Below, in pieces: positions 1 through 11,700 of a stretch of 64,000 nt of DNA. A program made the position numbers and the translations under genes. How positions within the stretch are numbered: position 1 is the first letter of the stretch; every line of letters starts with the position of its first letter. Below the pieces are notes generated by a model. It was not told the DNA's origin, did no database searches, and worked only from the letters and a program-made list of their open reading frames with translations. Source of the stretch: a virus; the IMG/VR virus record IMGVR_UViG_3300027762_000001. One strand, written 5' to 3'.

Positions 1-1248
1 GCAATTGACGAGCTGTATCTTGAGAAATTATCATACGAAAACAATCAAAATAATGAAGATAAAAAAAAGAAAAGAAATATAGCGCCTTACATAATTGGAG
101 CATCTATATTGGGAGCTGGCGCTGCTGAAGCTATAAAAACAGGAAATCCATTAAGGCCACTGAGAACTGCAGGTAAAGCCTTGAAGGAATTTGGGCACAA
201 GCTACCTAAAGCTGTACTTGGCAGAAGTGGAAAACCTATATTTGAAGGTTTAAGAAAATCTAAACAGATAGTTCAGGATACCAAAAAGTTTGATAAAGCA
301 TTACATGGAGGATCGCCACAAAATCTTCTCCATTATTATTTGCCAGGCGTTGTTTTTGGTGGAGGTATGGGTGCAAGCAATTTAGCGGTTCATTTGTTGG
401 GAGATAAATACTTTGATAAAAAAGTTAATAGAAAATCATATAATAATTTCCCAAGCCCTAGTGTTCAAATATATAGAAAGAGAAAATCAGCATCAGATAT
501 GATAGATAATAATTTCATGGAAAAAATAGCACAACTAAAAGGCAAAGCTTTTGCTAAAAAATTATTTGTTGAAGATTTTTTACAAAATAGTTTAAAAACA
601 ATACCTTTTGCACTAACTCCAATAGCTGTATCTCATGCAATGAATAGAAATTTAAAAACTGATTTTAGTCCAATAAGAGGAAGTAAAGCTCAAAATCATA
701 ATGTTGATAAAATTATAATCGAAGTGCCAAGAGAAAAACTTATTAAAACAGCAAACGTAAAAAAAAATTTTCAACTATATAAAAAATTAAAAGGTAAAAA
801 TTTTAAAGGGTTTACTTTCAGTAAATTTAAACCTAAAGCTGATTCAGGTATAGAGTCATGGGAAAATTTTGCAAAATATAGGGTGCCTGAAGGCATGGTC
901 AGGTCTTTAAGTTGGTTTGGAGTTCCTGCGGCTATAACTGCGCTAACTGGAAGAAATATAAAAGGCTTAGGAGAAAAAGTTAAAAAACATGAAGATATAG
1001 ATCCTGATAAAGTCAGAATAACAGTTGATAGAGGTTCTGAATACGATGATGCAAATAAATTTATGGATGCATCTAGAATGTCAAGAATGGCAGATACTAA
1101 TGAATTATTTATTGAGAAAAAATCAAGTGTGACAAAAGACATAGATAAAATAGTGAAAAATATTTTATCTGAAAATAAAAAACTTAAATCAATAAATCCA
1201 AGAGTTATAACTCAAGGTATTCAAAAAAACAAAAAAATGTTAGGATGA
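1..1248 (+). CDS. K-x-A tag protein with Gly-rich hydrophobic segments (putative internal virion protein); 5'-truncated
   Basis: Frame 1 is open from base 1 (AIDELYLEKLSYE...), matching the IDELYIEKLA leader of 35537-36202. Internal tags: KSASDMIDNNFMEKIA, LIKTA, ELFIEKKS. Confidence 0.7.
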   Translation, partial: AIDELYLEKLSYENNQNNEDKKKKRNIAPYIIGASILGAGAAEAIKTGNPLRPLRTAGKALKEFGHKLPKAVLGRSGKPIFEGLRKSKQIVQDTKKFDKALHGGSPQNLLHYYLPGVVFGGGMGASNLAVHLLGDKYFDKKVNRKSYNNFPSPSVQIYRKRKSASDMIDNNFMEKIAQLKGKAFAKKLFVEDFLQNSLKTIPFALTPIAVSHAMNRNLKTDFSPIRGSKAQNHNVDKIIIEVPREKLIKTANVKKNFQLYKKLKGKNFKGFTFSKFKPKADSGIESWENFAKYRVPEGMVRSLSWFGVPAAITALTGRNIKGLGEKVKKHEDIDPDKVRITVDRGSEYDDANKFMDASRMSRMADTNELFIEKKSSVTKDIDKIVKNILSENKKLKSINPRVITQGIQKNKKMLG

Positions 1249-1499
1249 TAATTTTGAATAATATAATAAGCGTAATAACTGAAGCTGCATCAAAGAAAAA
1301 ATTAGTTGAAATAACATATCAAGACTCAAAAGGTCTTGTTACAAACAGAGAGACAGAGCCATATGAAATAAGAGATAATTCTTATTATGGATTTTGTATT
1401 TTAAAAAACAGTATAAGAAAATTTAAATTATCTAACATTTTGTCAGCCAAAATGTTAGATAATGAGTATAGACCTAAGTGGTCAGTTAAAATTCCGTAA
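1245..1499 (+). CDS. stand-alone WYL-domain protein
   Basis: ITYQDSKG..TNRETEPYEI....YYGFC...NSIRKFKLSNI fits the WYL pattern; paralogous to the N-terminus of 19863-21995. Confidence 0.75.
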   Translation: MIILNNIISVITEAASKKKLVEITYQDSKGLVTNRETEPYEIRDNSYYGFCILKNSIRKFKLSNILSAKMLDNEYRPKWSVKIP

Positions 1500-1572
1500 A
1501 GATAGGCTGCTTTACTTTGATTGCTATTTATAATAAAATTTAAATTGAAAACATAATAAAGGAGGTTTAATC

Positions 1573-1716
1573 ATGGAATATAAAAATCATCCAGGATTTA
1601 TCGCTTTTAAAGCTTCTAATGTAAAAGAAGATGTAAGCTGTAAAGAAGAAAATATTGATAAAGATATCGTTGAGCCTGAGAAAAAGAATGAAGGTGGTGA
1701 CGAAGGCAAAGAGTAA
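1573..1716 (+). CDS. small acidic hypothetical protein (47 aa, MEYKNHPGFIAFK...), not in ORF track
   Basis: AAAGGAGG RBS at 1558-1565, ATG 1573, TAA 1714-1716. Confidence 0.6.
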   Translation: MEYKNHPGFIAFKASNVKEDVSCKEENIDKDIVEPEKKNEGGDEGKE

Positions 1717-3586
1717 AATCTTTGCCTTAATACTTATGAGAAAATTATCTGATTCTATAATAAAAGAAGCATGTGAAGAACTAAATGTTGAAGGAAAGCT
1801 AGAAAAAAAGGCTTTAAACTTTGCAGATTTTTCTTTTTTGCCAGGATCTATATTGGGCTCAATAACTGGCTCAATTATAGCTGGGAATAAAGTTAAAGCT
1901 GAGAACCTTCAAAGAAGAATGGAAGAAGAGGACAGAACAGCTTTAAGCGGAAATTATTATAACCAGGCTCAAAATATAGTTAATAACTTAAAAGTTGTAT
2001 TCACGCCATTTGGAGTTATATATATAGTAAAAGATGGCCCTAAAGAAACTACGATTGAAAATATAAACACAAATGAAATGAATACAGCTATGTACTCTGC
2101 TTGGCAAGCTAAAGATGCAGAATACTTTAAAAATATACTATTAAACAAAATGCAAAGTGAGCTTCAATTTGTTGAACAAATGTTTGCAAAAAAAATGGTG
2201 GAAAAACAGCTTGGTATAAATAATACGATAAAACAAGAAAAGAAAGCATCTATAGATTTTAATGACTTAACTTTATATGAAACTTTAGAGTATGTATCAA
2301 AAATGAAGGATATGTATTCTAAACAAAATGAAGCTACAGAGAAGATAGCATCTCTTTTAATTAATGAGATGGATGAAAGAGAAGATGATTATGTTATATC
2401 TTTAAAGTTAGAAAGACCAGTAGAAAAATATGCTTTCTTCGGAGAGGCTTTAAAATTTATGGGGCTTGAAGTAGGAAGTAAAGACATAAAATCATTACAA
2501 GGAAAATTTCTTAATCCATCACATTTAAATAATAGAGTTCAAGTAGGCTTTTTACCTGATAGAGTTGTTTTTATAGTTGATAATAAGGTTATGTCTTCTC
2601 TTCTTGCTATGGATATGAATGAGGAGGGATTTGAGAATTTTAATAAAAGTAATGAAGGTTACTTTAGAAACTTATTTAAAGAAGAAGCTAAAAAAGGAAT
2701 GTTAAGAATTCAAGGTAAGATTCCGCCTAATTCTCCTTTAATGAAAATGCAAGAAAAAAAAGCATCTTTTGAGGATAATGACTTATCTCAAATCTTTAAA
2801 AGAAACGACATACATCCTTTAATTTATTATAAAGCTTTAACAAAAACATTCGGTGATACATGGATTTCATGGGACGGCAATGCACTTGTTAAAGCAATAG
2901 AAAACTCTTTTAATTTAAAAGATGGTGTACCTAGTATTCCACTAAATAAAATATTATCAATAGAAGTTTGTAATTCTAGCTATACTCCATATACAAGTAA
3001 GCATGCTTTCGAGAAGATAATAAGAGGTTTTACTGAAAAATCAGTTAACTTTATGGAGAGAGAAATCTCAGATATAACTCCAGAAGATTTAGCTCTAGGT
3101 ATAGATGCTTTAGATTTAGTAACTCCTAATGATGATATATATGATAATTTCAATCATGAAGTCTTCTCTCATATAATTGAAATCTTATTGATAAATAATT
3201 GTAAAATATTTTATCCGTCAGAAATGACAGACTCTGTTTTAAAAGATGAATTTTATAGTCAATTAAATGAATATCTTTTAAATGCTACAAATAAAAAAGA
3301 TATTGAAGCTATAGACAATAAGAAGCTTGAGAGTAAAACCATAAGTAATAATACGATAATAAATAAAGTATCTTTATCTATACTTAACAATATAAGGAAA
3401 GTAAAAAAATCTTCTGATTTTGATAATATAAAATTCATTTCAGATGTACTAAATAAAACAAGTATAGAAGATAATATAAAAAGCATTATTGAAAAACAAG
3501 TTACAAATAATATATTTTTAGATGAAGTATTGGTTATCAAAACAAGAGTATTAAAAGAGCAACTCGCTTTTCTTGAGCTAAATTAG
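1688..3586 (+). CDS. putative virion head protein with multiple EK-x-A tags (start uncertain: 1655, 1688 or 1736)
   Basis: Long ORF just upstream of the portal. Tags LEKKA, QEKKAS (x2), TEKIAS, VEKYA; one Gly-rich segment GSILGSITGSIIAG. Confidence 0.6.
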   Translation: MKVVTKAKSKIFALILMRKLSDSIIKEACEELNVEGKLEKKALNFADFSFLPGSILGSITGSIIAGNKVKAENLQRRMEEEDRTALSGNYYNQAQNIVNNLKVVFTPFGVIYIVKDGPKETTIENINTNEMNTAMYSAWQAKDAEYFKNILLNKMQSELQFVEQMFAKKMVEKQLGINNTIKQEKKASIDFNDLTLYETLEYVSKMKDMYSKQNEATEKIASLLINEMDEREDDYVISLKLERPVEKYAFFGEALKFMGLEVGSKDIKSLQGKFLNPSHLNNRVQVGFLPDRVVFIVDNKVMSSLLAMDMNEEGFENFNKSNEGYFRNLFKEEAKKGMLRIQGKIPPNSPLMKMQEKKASFEDNDLSQIFKRNDIHPLIYYKALTKTFGDTWISWDGNALVKAIENSFNLKDGVPSIPLNKILSIEVCNSSYTPYTSKHAFEKIIRGFTEKSVNFMEREISDITPEDLALGIDALDLVTPNDDIYDNFNHEVFSHIIEILLINNCKIFYPSEMTDSVLKDEFYSQLNEYLLNATNKKDIEAIDNKKLESKTISNNTIINKVSLSILNNIRKVKKSSDFDNIKFISDVLNKTSIEDNIKSIIEKQVTNNIFLDEVLVIKTRVLKEQLAFLELN

Positions 3587-3597
3587 GAGGGTAAACA

Positions 3598-5565
3598 ATG
3601 AGTGATATAAATAAAGACATAACAGAATTAGATGAACTTCCAATGAACGCCATAGATCTTGACAATCCTCTTGATGGTGATGATAAAAAAATTGCAATGT
3701 TAAGAGAGGAAAAAGATAAGGCTATAAGTATGGTGAAGATTGCATCTTTTGATGGAAGACTTCAAGACCCATACCCTACTCCATTTTTAAATTTATCCGA
3801 TACCAAGATACCTAGGACATCAACTGAAATTTTTAAATGGTGTAAATATTTTTATACTTTTGACCCGCTAATTGCAGGAGCCATTAATGCACTATCCACT
3901 TTTCCAGTTACTGAAATTTATTTAGAAGATGTAGATGAAAACGGAAAAGGCGATAAAAATGAAGATAGTGATACTTTAATTTTATATAAAAAAATCTTTT
4001 TTAAAGATTTAAATATATATAAAATGTTAATTGAAATAGGTATAGATTATTATTTGTATGGCAACTGCTTTATATTTGGAGAACTACATACAAATAAAGC
4101 AACTGGTAGTGTTGAGTGGAAGAACATGGTGAGACTTGATCCTAATAGAGTTATTATAGATTATAACCCGGCTACAAAAGAAAAGAAATTTAAATGGAGA
4201 GTATCTCCATCTATTGCTAAAATTATAAAAGATAAAAAGCCAAAAGATGAGTATAATAAAATACCAGATATAATGAAAGAGGCAGTACTTAAAAATAACT
4301 CTATAGTATTAAATTCAAATAATATATATCACTTCCCAAGACCTACAGATTCAGCGGGAGATAATAATATTTGGGGAACACCTATTATTGCAAATGTACT
4401 AAAACTTTTAATGTATAGAAATATATTAAGACAATCTCAGGAGGCTATTGCGAGAGAACATATAGTGCCTATGAGAGTTTATTATTTAGATAGAACCAAT
4501 GATTATAATCCTACGGCTGATTGGAATAAAGTTGCATCTAACTTTGCTGCTGAACTTAATAAATCAGTAAAAGACCCTAATTATAAAGTTGTATCTCCTG
4601 TTCCTGTTAATTTGATAAATGTTGGAGGTCAAGGAAGGGCTTTATTATTAACTCCAGAAATAGAGCAAATACAAGCTGAGATTTTGGCAGGAATGAATGT
4701 TCCAAGAGAGTTTATATTTGGTGGAGTTGGTTATTCTGGAAGTTCTATATCTTTAAAAATATTAGAAAATCAGTTTATAACTTATAGACTTTTACTAAAA
4801 GACTTTATGCAAAACTTTATAATAAAAAATATGGCTAAAGCTAGAAAAGAATGGGTTAGTGAAAAGGATGATAGTTCATTAATTACAGTTAAAATGATGG
4901 ACTTAAAAATGCAAGATGACGTACAGCAAAAACAATTAGTAATACAATTAAATCAAGCTGGCAAATGTACTAATGAGTATATGTGGAAAGTTATAGGAAT
5001 GGACCCTGATAAAATGAGGGAGTCATTAAAAGATGAAGCAATAGAAGCTATAAAAACTGATACAGAAATAAAAATGGAGCAGTTAAAATCACAATTAGAA
5101 CTTCAAAAGGTGCAGATGCAAGTAGATCAAGAAATAAGAAAATTCCAATTAGAGATGTATAAAAGTGACCCACAAATGAATCAGGAAGAAGCTCAAATGA
5201 GTCAGGAACAACAAATGATGCAACAGCCTATGCAAGGACAGGGTCAAAGTCAAGACCAAGGTATGCATCCAGCGGCACAAGGTCAAATGCAACCAGAGCA
5301 AATGCAACCAGAGCAAAATCCAGCTATTGACGAATCTGATGTCGTCAATGAGGATGCTCAGATTCAAAATGTTGCTCTTCAATTAATTAAAACAGGGGAA
5401 AAAGGAAGAGATGCTTTCTTAGCTTCCTTGCCTGATAGATATAAACAAAAAGTTATAAAGAAAATGCAAGAATTAACAACATCTATGAATAATCAGCAAG
5501 GTGCAGGAATAGATATGAGACCTATGCCAGAACAAAAACCACCAAGAAGAGATAGCCTAAAATAA
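3598..5565 (+). CDS. phage portal protein with Q/M-rich C-terminal tail
   Basis: Portal-like segments DPLIAGAIN, IGIDYYLYGNCFI, RLDPNRV, IYHFPR, WGTPII; GGAGG RBS; terminase 9 kb away. Confidence 0.75.
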   Translation: MSDINKDITELDELPMNAIDLDNPLDGDDKKIAMLREEKDKAISMVKIASFDGRLQDPYPTPFLNLSDTKIPRTSTEIFKWCKYFYTFDPLIAGAINALSTFPVTEIYLEDVDENGKGDKNEDSDTLILYKKIFFKDLNIYKMLIEIGIDYYLYGNCFIFGELHTNKATGSVEWKNMVRLDPNRVIIDYNPATKEKKFKWRVSPSIAKIIKDKKPKDEYNKIPDIMKEAVLKNNSIVLNSNNIYHFPRPTDSAGDNNIWGTPIIANVLKLLMYRNILRQSQEAIAREHIVPMRVYYLDRTNDYNPTADWNKVASNFAAELNKSVKDPNYKVVSPVPVNLINVGGQGRALLLTPEIEQIQAEILAGMNVPREFIFGGVGYSGSSISLKILENQFITYRLLLKDFMQNFIIKNMAKARKEWVSEKDDSSLITVKMMDLKMQDDVQQKQLVIQLNQAGKCTNEYMWKVIGMDPDKMRESLKDEAIEAIKTDTEIKMEQLKSQLELQKVQMQVDQEIRKFQLEMYKSDPQMNQEEAQMSQEQQMMQQPMQGQGQSQDQGMHPAAQGQMQPEQMQPEQNPAIDESDVVNEDAQIQNVALQLIKTGEKGRDAFLASLPDRYKQKVIKKMQELTTSMNNQQGAGIDMRPMPEQKPPRRDSLK

Positions 5566-5577
5566 GGATGTGATTAA

Positions 5578-5793
5578 ATGAAAAGAGGAATAAAAACATT
5601 TATACTTCCTATGCAGGATAAAGAAGCTTCAATTTTTATGAATAATAAAGATATAGTTGTAACACTAAAGGAGAGACACTTTGCCCCAAAAGAGGGATTA
5701 CTATATTTATATATAGAATATGACGACTTCGCTCCTGAAGGTGAAGATTATGAAGATTGTGATGAAGGTGGGTGTTTATTAAATGATACATGA
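5578..5793 (+). CDS. small acidic hypothetical protein between portal and RNAP
   Basis: ORF with RBS-like AAGGATGTG; overlaps the RNAP start. Confidence 0.6.
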   Translation: MKRGIKTFILPMQDKEASIFMNNKDIVVTLKERHFAPKEGLLYLYIEYDDFAPEGEDYEDCDEGGCLLNDT

Positions 5794-8700
5794 AAAAACT
5801 GAAGATTTAAAAAGAAGACTTATGAATTTTATGCAGAGGAATACACCCATTAAGGCTGATACTAGAAGTTTACATATTGAGAACTTAACTATAACAGAGC
5901 CTTCAGCAGTAAATGATTTAGACCAACAGCTTAACATGAAGTATTCTGAATCAGGAAATTTAAAGGGTTGGCTTAGGGGAAATGTTACAGTTACAGACAA
6001 TAAAACAAATAAAGAAATAGCAAAAACTAATCCGATAAATTTAATACCTGTATATTATATGACTGATAGAGGTACATATATAAGTAATGGTATTGAGAAA
6101 AATATTTTAACTCAAATGAGATTAAAACCTGGAGTCTATACTGAAAAAGGTGCTGACATAAGAACCAATCTTATGTTTGATATGACAAAACAGTATCTTC
6201 CTAGAATAGATATTATATTTGATCCAGGTGCAATGTCATTTAAAATTATTATAAAAAGAGGAAAAGACACTAAATTTGATGGCATTGGATTTTTAAGAGA
6301 ATTAGGTTTTTCTGATGCTGAAATAAAAAGAGCTATTGGTAACGATTCAGTTTCTGATATGCTATTTTCAGTAAGCAGAGAAAGAAAAAGTATATACGAT
6401 ATATTTAAAGCTATAACTGGTAAAACATCTAGTGATACGCCAGATAAAACAAGAGATATGTTATTTTCTTATTTTGATAATGAAATGACGTTTGGAGAAG
6501 ATGGTAAGGAGTCAGTTAAATCAACTATAAATTCAAGTTCTAAAAGTTTAAATAAAGATATAATATTAAGGTCTGTAAATAAAAACTTTGCGGTATTTAG
6601 AAATGAAGTTGAAGAAGACGATAAAGATGATTTAAGATTTAAAGTTGTATCAGATGATAATGATTTGATAATGGAAGAAGTTGCACAAGACTTTGAGGTA
6701 TTTAAATCATCTGTAATAAATACTTTAAATACAAGAGAAGTTTTAAATTCATCAGACTTAAGAGGATTAACTAAGTTAGGGAAAAATATTGATAAATTCA
6801 TGAAAGAAAGTGATTTATCGCAAAATCCGGAACAGACTAATCCACTAGAAATAGCATCCATTGATAGAAAAGTTACTCAGATAGGTGGGTTTCAAGGTAT
6901 ATCAAAAGACAATGCTGACAAAGTTATTAAACCAAGAAACTTAAAAGCTATGGCAATTAATAGATTAGATCCAGTTGAAACTCCAGAGTCAACAAAGATA
7001 GGATTAATAGAACATTTAACTCAAAGTGCTGAGGTTAAAAATAAAACTATTAGTACAGAGTTTATAAAAGTAAAAGATGGCGTTGCCGTAAATACTCTTG
7101 CCAATGTAGTTAAATTAACTCCAGATAAAGAGTATGACTCTAAAGTTGCCTTTTATGATTTAAGATATATAAGAAAAGATGGTAACAAAATAATATTTAC
7201 AAAAGATGTAATTCCAGGAAGATATAAAAGTAAAATTCAAGATATTCATATAAGTGAAATACAGTATGTTGATAGAGCTCCGCAAAACCTTTTAAATTAT
7301 GCTGCAAATATGATACCCTTCGTAAGTCATGATGATGGAAACAGAACACTTATGGGTACTAATATGCAAAGACAGGCTGTCTCAATTATCAACAGAGAAG
7401 TTCCACTTGTTATGTCTGCGTCTGACGATAAAAGGACATATGAAGATGTTATAGGGGAAAAATATGGGAAGCCAGTAAATTCAACGACTAGTGGAGTTGT
7501 AAAAGATATAACTTCATCTAGAATAATAATTAAGGATGAAAAAGGAAAAGAGCATGCTCATAATTATTACGACCATTTTCCTGTCAATCAAAGTTTTATC
7601 AATAATGAGCTATTAATAAAAAAAGGACAAGAAGTAAAAAAAGGTCAAATGCTTGCAGAAGGATGGCAAACTAGAGACGGTAAACTTGCCTTAGGTGCAA
7701 ATGCAAGAGTTGCTTATATGCCATTTAAAGGCTTTAACTATGAAGATGGTGTAGTTGTAAGTAAAGACTTTGCTAATAAAATGTCAAGCGAAGAAATGCA
7801 TCAAGTAGAAATTGAAATTTATTCTGACTACTTAGGTGGTAAAGGTAGTAACATACGGGATGAGCTAAAAAAGTACACAGTTAACCAAGAAATTTTAACT
7901 AGGCTAGATAAAGACGGAATAATAAAAGAGGGCTCATACGTAAAGCCAGGCAATATACTAGTGGCATTCTTAGCTCCAGAAGATAAATATGAAACTTATG
8001 GACTATCAGAAGTCTTAGGAATTAAAAAGAAAAATGTAACTTATAAGCTGGGCCAAAAAATAATAGAGGAATCTAGTTATTTAGAAGGTACAGTTAAAAG
8101 AATAAATATAATAGAAAGTCCTGAAGCAGGAATAAAACAAAAAATAGTAGTATCTCTTTTAAGTGAAAAGTCATTAAAGCTAGGAGATAAAATTTCTGGT
8201 AAGCACGGAAATAAAGGAATAATAACAAAGATACTCCCTACATCTGAGATGCCTGTAGCTGAAGATGGCAAAAATGTTGACTTAATCTTTTCTCCATTAG
8301 CGGTACCTTCAAGGAAAAATTTAGGCCAATTATTAGAAGTCAATGCTGGATTAATAGCAGAGAAAAAGGGAAAACCTTTTATTGTAAATAATTTTGACCC
8401 TAAAGAAAAAGAGAGAGTTGAAAAAGAATTAAAAGAAATAGGTATTCCTGATGGAAAAATGAAAGTTAGCTTAAGAGAAAGACAAGACGATGACAGCATT
8501 AAAGAAATCCCTGTAGACAATCGTGTTACAGTTGGCAATATGTATATAATGAAATTAAAACACAAAATTGATGATAAAGTTCAATCAAGAAGTAACATTG
8601 AAGGTGTTGCTCCTGAAAGAAAAACATTTATGCCTGCTAAAAAATTAGGTCAGGCACAAGGCGAAAAGTACAATCCTCAAAGACTTGGTGAAATGGAAAT

Positions 8701-11700
8701 GAGGGTATTGCAAGCTCATGGAGCTGTTCATAATATATTAGAGAGCTCCACTATAAAAGCTGACGGTGGAGGAAATGAACAAAATAGAATAGCAATATAC
8801 AATGCTATAGCCACAGGAAAACTAGATAGCTTAGATTTTTCTGCCACTCCAGAGACTATAAATGTAATGGCTGATACATTAAAAGGGCTAGGCTTAAATG
8901 TAAAACCTATCAATAATGGAGATGTAGCTAAATCATTTGATGAAGCTTATGATAGTTTAGCTGTTGTGCCTATGAAACCTAGTCAAATGATTAAAATGAT
9001 AGGTAAGGATAACGAGGTTACTCAGCCAAAAATGTATGACGCAAAAGCTGGAGGAAGACAAGTCCCATATAGAAGGGGGCTTGCTGACCCTGAAATTTTT
9101 GGAGATGATAAGAGCTCAGATTTAGAGGATAGAAAAAAATGGGGTTATATAAAACTTGGCACTCCAATTCCAAACCCTATACTTATGTCCAATGCATCAT
9201 ACAATCCATACTCTTTAATAACTGGGATGAAAGATAGTCAGTTGAAAGAGTTAATGGACGGTAAGAAAGTTATGGTAATTGACCCTGAAAAATATGAGGC
9301 TTTTAAGGGTAATAAAGAAAAGATAGAGGAAGTAAAAGCGAATATGGATAAGCTAGGTTTTAAGCCTGGTGATTTAGTTGATCCTCAAAAGCTTGAAAAA
9401 TTAGATTTAGATAGTAATGTAATTTTATGGAAAGCTGGAGGAGAAGGCATTCAGCATTTATTAGATAATGTTGATCTGGAATCTGAACTGAAAAAATCAG
9501 AACAAAAACTAAAAGATGCCAAGCCTAAAGATATAGATAAACATTATAAAAAATATAAATCACTTTTAACATTAAAAAATAACAACTTAAATCCTGGTGA
9601 CTTAATGCTTCACTATCTACCTGTTACGCCTCACTACTTTAGACCCACTCAAATGCAAGGTAAAAAAGTAGTATTGTCAGATTTAAGTGAACTCTATGGT
9701 AATGTTATAAAATCTAATAACTCTATAATTAATAACTATGAAAGTGGCTTTGACATGATAGGTGACTCAGACCCTGAACAGGCTGCAAGACTTACTAGGT
9801 CACTTTATAAGACAGTGTCTTATGCAACTGGAGACAAGGAATATTATCATCCACGAAAGAAACGAAAAATGCTAGGAATAATAGAGAGTTTAGGTAAAAA
9901 AGAAGGCCTTATAAGAAATAAAATGCTAGGGAAAAGAGTAGATTTTTCTGGAAGGTCAGTTATTGGTGTTGATCCTAACTTAAAGTTAGATGAGGTTGGA
10001 ATTCCTCTTGATATGGCTAAAAATATTTACAAGCCTTTTATAGTTAAAGAATTAATGAGTAGAGGCTTGGCTAAAGACAGAAAAGAAGCTACTAAGAAGA
10101 TAAAAAAAGGTGATAGTGATGTTAAAAAGATATTAGATGATTTAGCAAAAGACAGACCAGTATTATTAAATAGAGCTCCATCACTACATAAATTTAATAT
10201 ACAGGCTTACACTCCCGTTATAAAAGATTATCAGGATGGCGAAGCTGTGAAGATAATACAATTAAATCCGTTGTCTGTATCAGGCTACAACGCTGATTTT
10301 GACGGGGACACTATGTCTGTCCACCTCCCTGTAACTGAAAAGGCCAATGAGGAAGCTAAGAAACTAATGAGACCATCAGATAATTTAATAAATCCTACAA
10401 ATGGAAAAATGATAGTTGAAATACGTCATGAGATGGCATTAGGCATATATTATCTAACGATGAGCTCTGACAAGGTAAAAGGTGAAGGTAAAACATATAG
10501 CAATATAGAGCAATTAAGAAAAGATTTTAAAGATGGAAATATAAATGTAAAAGATAAAGTTACTATCGGAGGCAAGACATCAACAGCAGGTCAAGCAATG
10601 TATAATTTACTCTTACCTGAAAAATATAGAAATTATAGTTTAGCATGGTCCGCAAAAGATATATCTAAGATGTTTTTAGAGATGTATCAAGAAGCAGAAA
10701 GAACTAATGGAAAAGCTATATCTATAAGTGAAGTTAGTAGAATATTAGATAATGTAAAAGATTTAGGTTTTGAAGCATCTACAAGGTCTGGAATTAGTAT
10801 AGGTATTGGTGACTTTAAAAAGATAGAAGATGCAGATCAATTATTCGATTCACATGTGAAAAAAGAAATGAAGACAAATAAAAATCCTAATGATGCTAAA
10901 ATACAAGGTTGGCTTAAAGCTGAAGGAGAAATACAGGATAGGCTTAAAAAAGGTGAAATTTTAGCATATGATAATCCTGTTCAAATAATGATGGCATCAG
11001 GTGCAAGGTCAAAACCTGACCAAGTAAGAAGAATGATGGTAAGTGTTGGTGTTGGTATGGATTTGACCGATAAATTAACAAGCCCAGTTAAACACTCTCA
11101 CTTAGATGGATTATCTCCACAAGAGTACTGGACTCACAGTTACGACTCTAGAAAAGGTATGTATGATAGAACCGTAGAAACGAGAGAGCCAGGAGCATTC
11201 TCTAGAGAGGTATGGAGTGTAACTCAGGATATTGTGATAAAAGAAAAAGATTGCAAGACTCGTGACGGAATAAGTATACCAAAATCAAACCCATCAGCAT
11301 TAGGAAGATTTTTATCTGAAGATGTTTTAGGTACATCTTCAATAATTGCAACGAGAGATTCGCTAATAACAAAAGAGGTATATGATAAAATTTATAAAGA
11401 TGAAACTGTGAAAATGATAAAGATAAGGTCTCCATTAAAATGTAAGGTTGTAAATGGCCTTTGTCAGAAGTGTTACGGAACTATGCCTGGTACTATGCAA
11501 ACTGCAAGTATAGGCTCTCCAACAGGAGTTATAGCATCACAAGCATTATCTGAGCCTGCAACGCAGATGACAATGAATACATTCCATAGTGGAGGAACAG
11601 GGTCAGCTGCAACAGTTGGATTTCCTAGAATTAAACAAATACTTAATTTATCAAAAGATAGTGAGAGTAAAGCAGTCTTAGCTAGAACATCGGGCAATGT

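Noticed and set aside
1528-1540. Late-promoter motif TTTATAATAAWAT (also on the minus strand at ~33960 and ~61690)
   Set aside because: Only three AT-only matches in a very AT-rich genome, indistinguishable from a sigmaA -10 box or chance.
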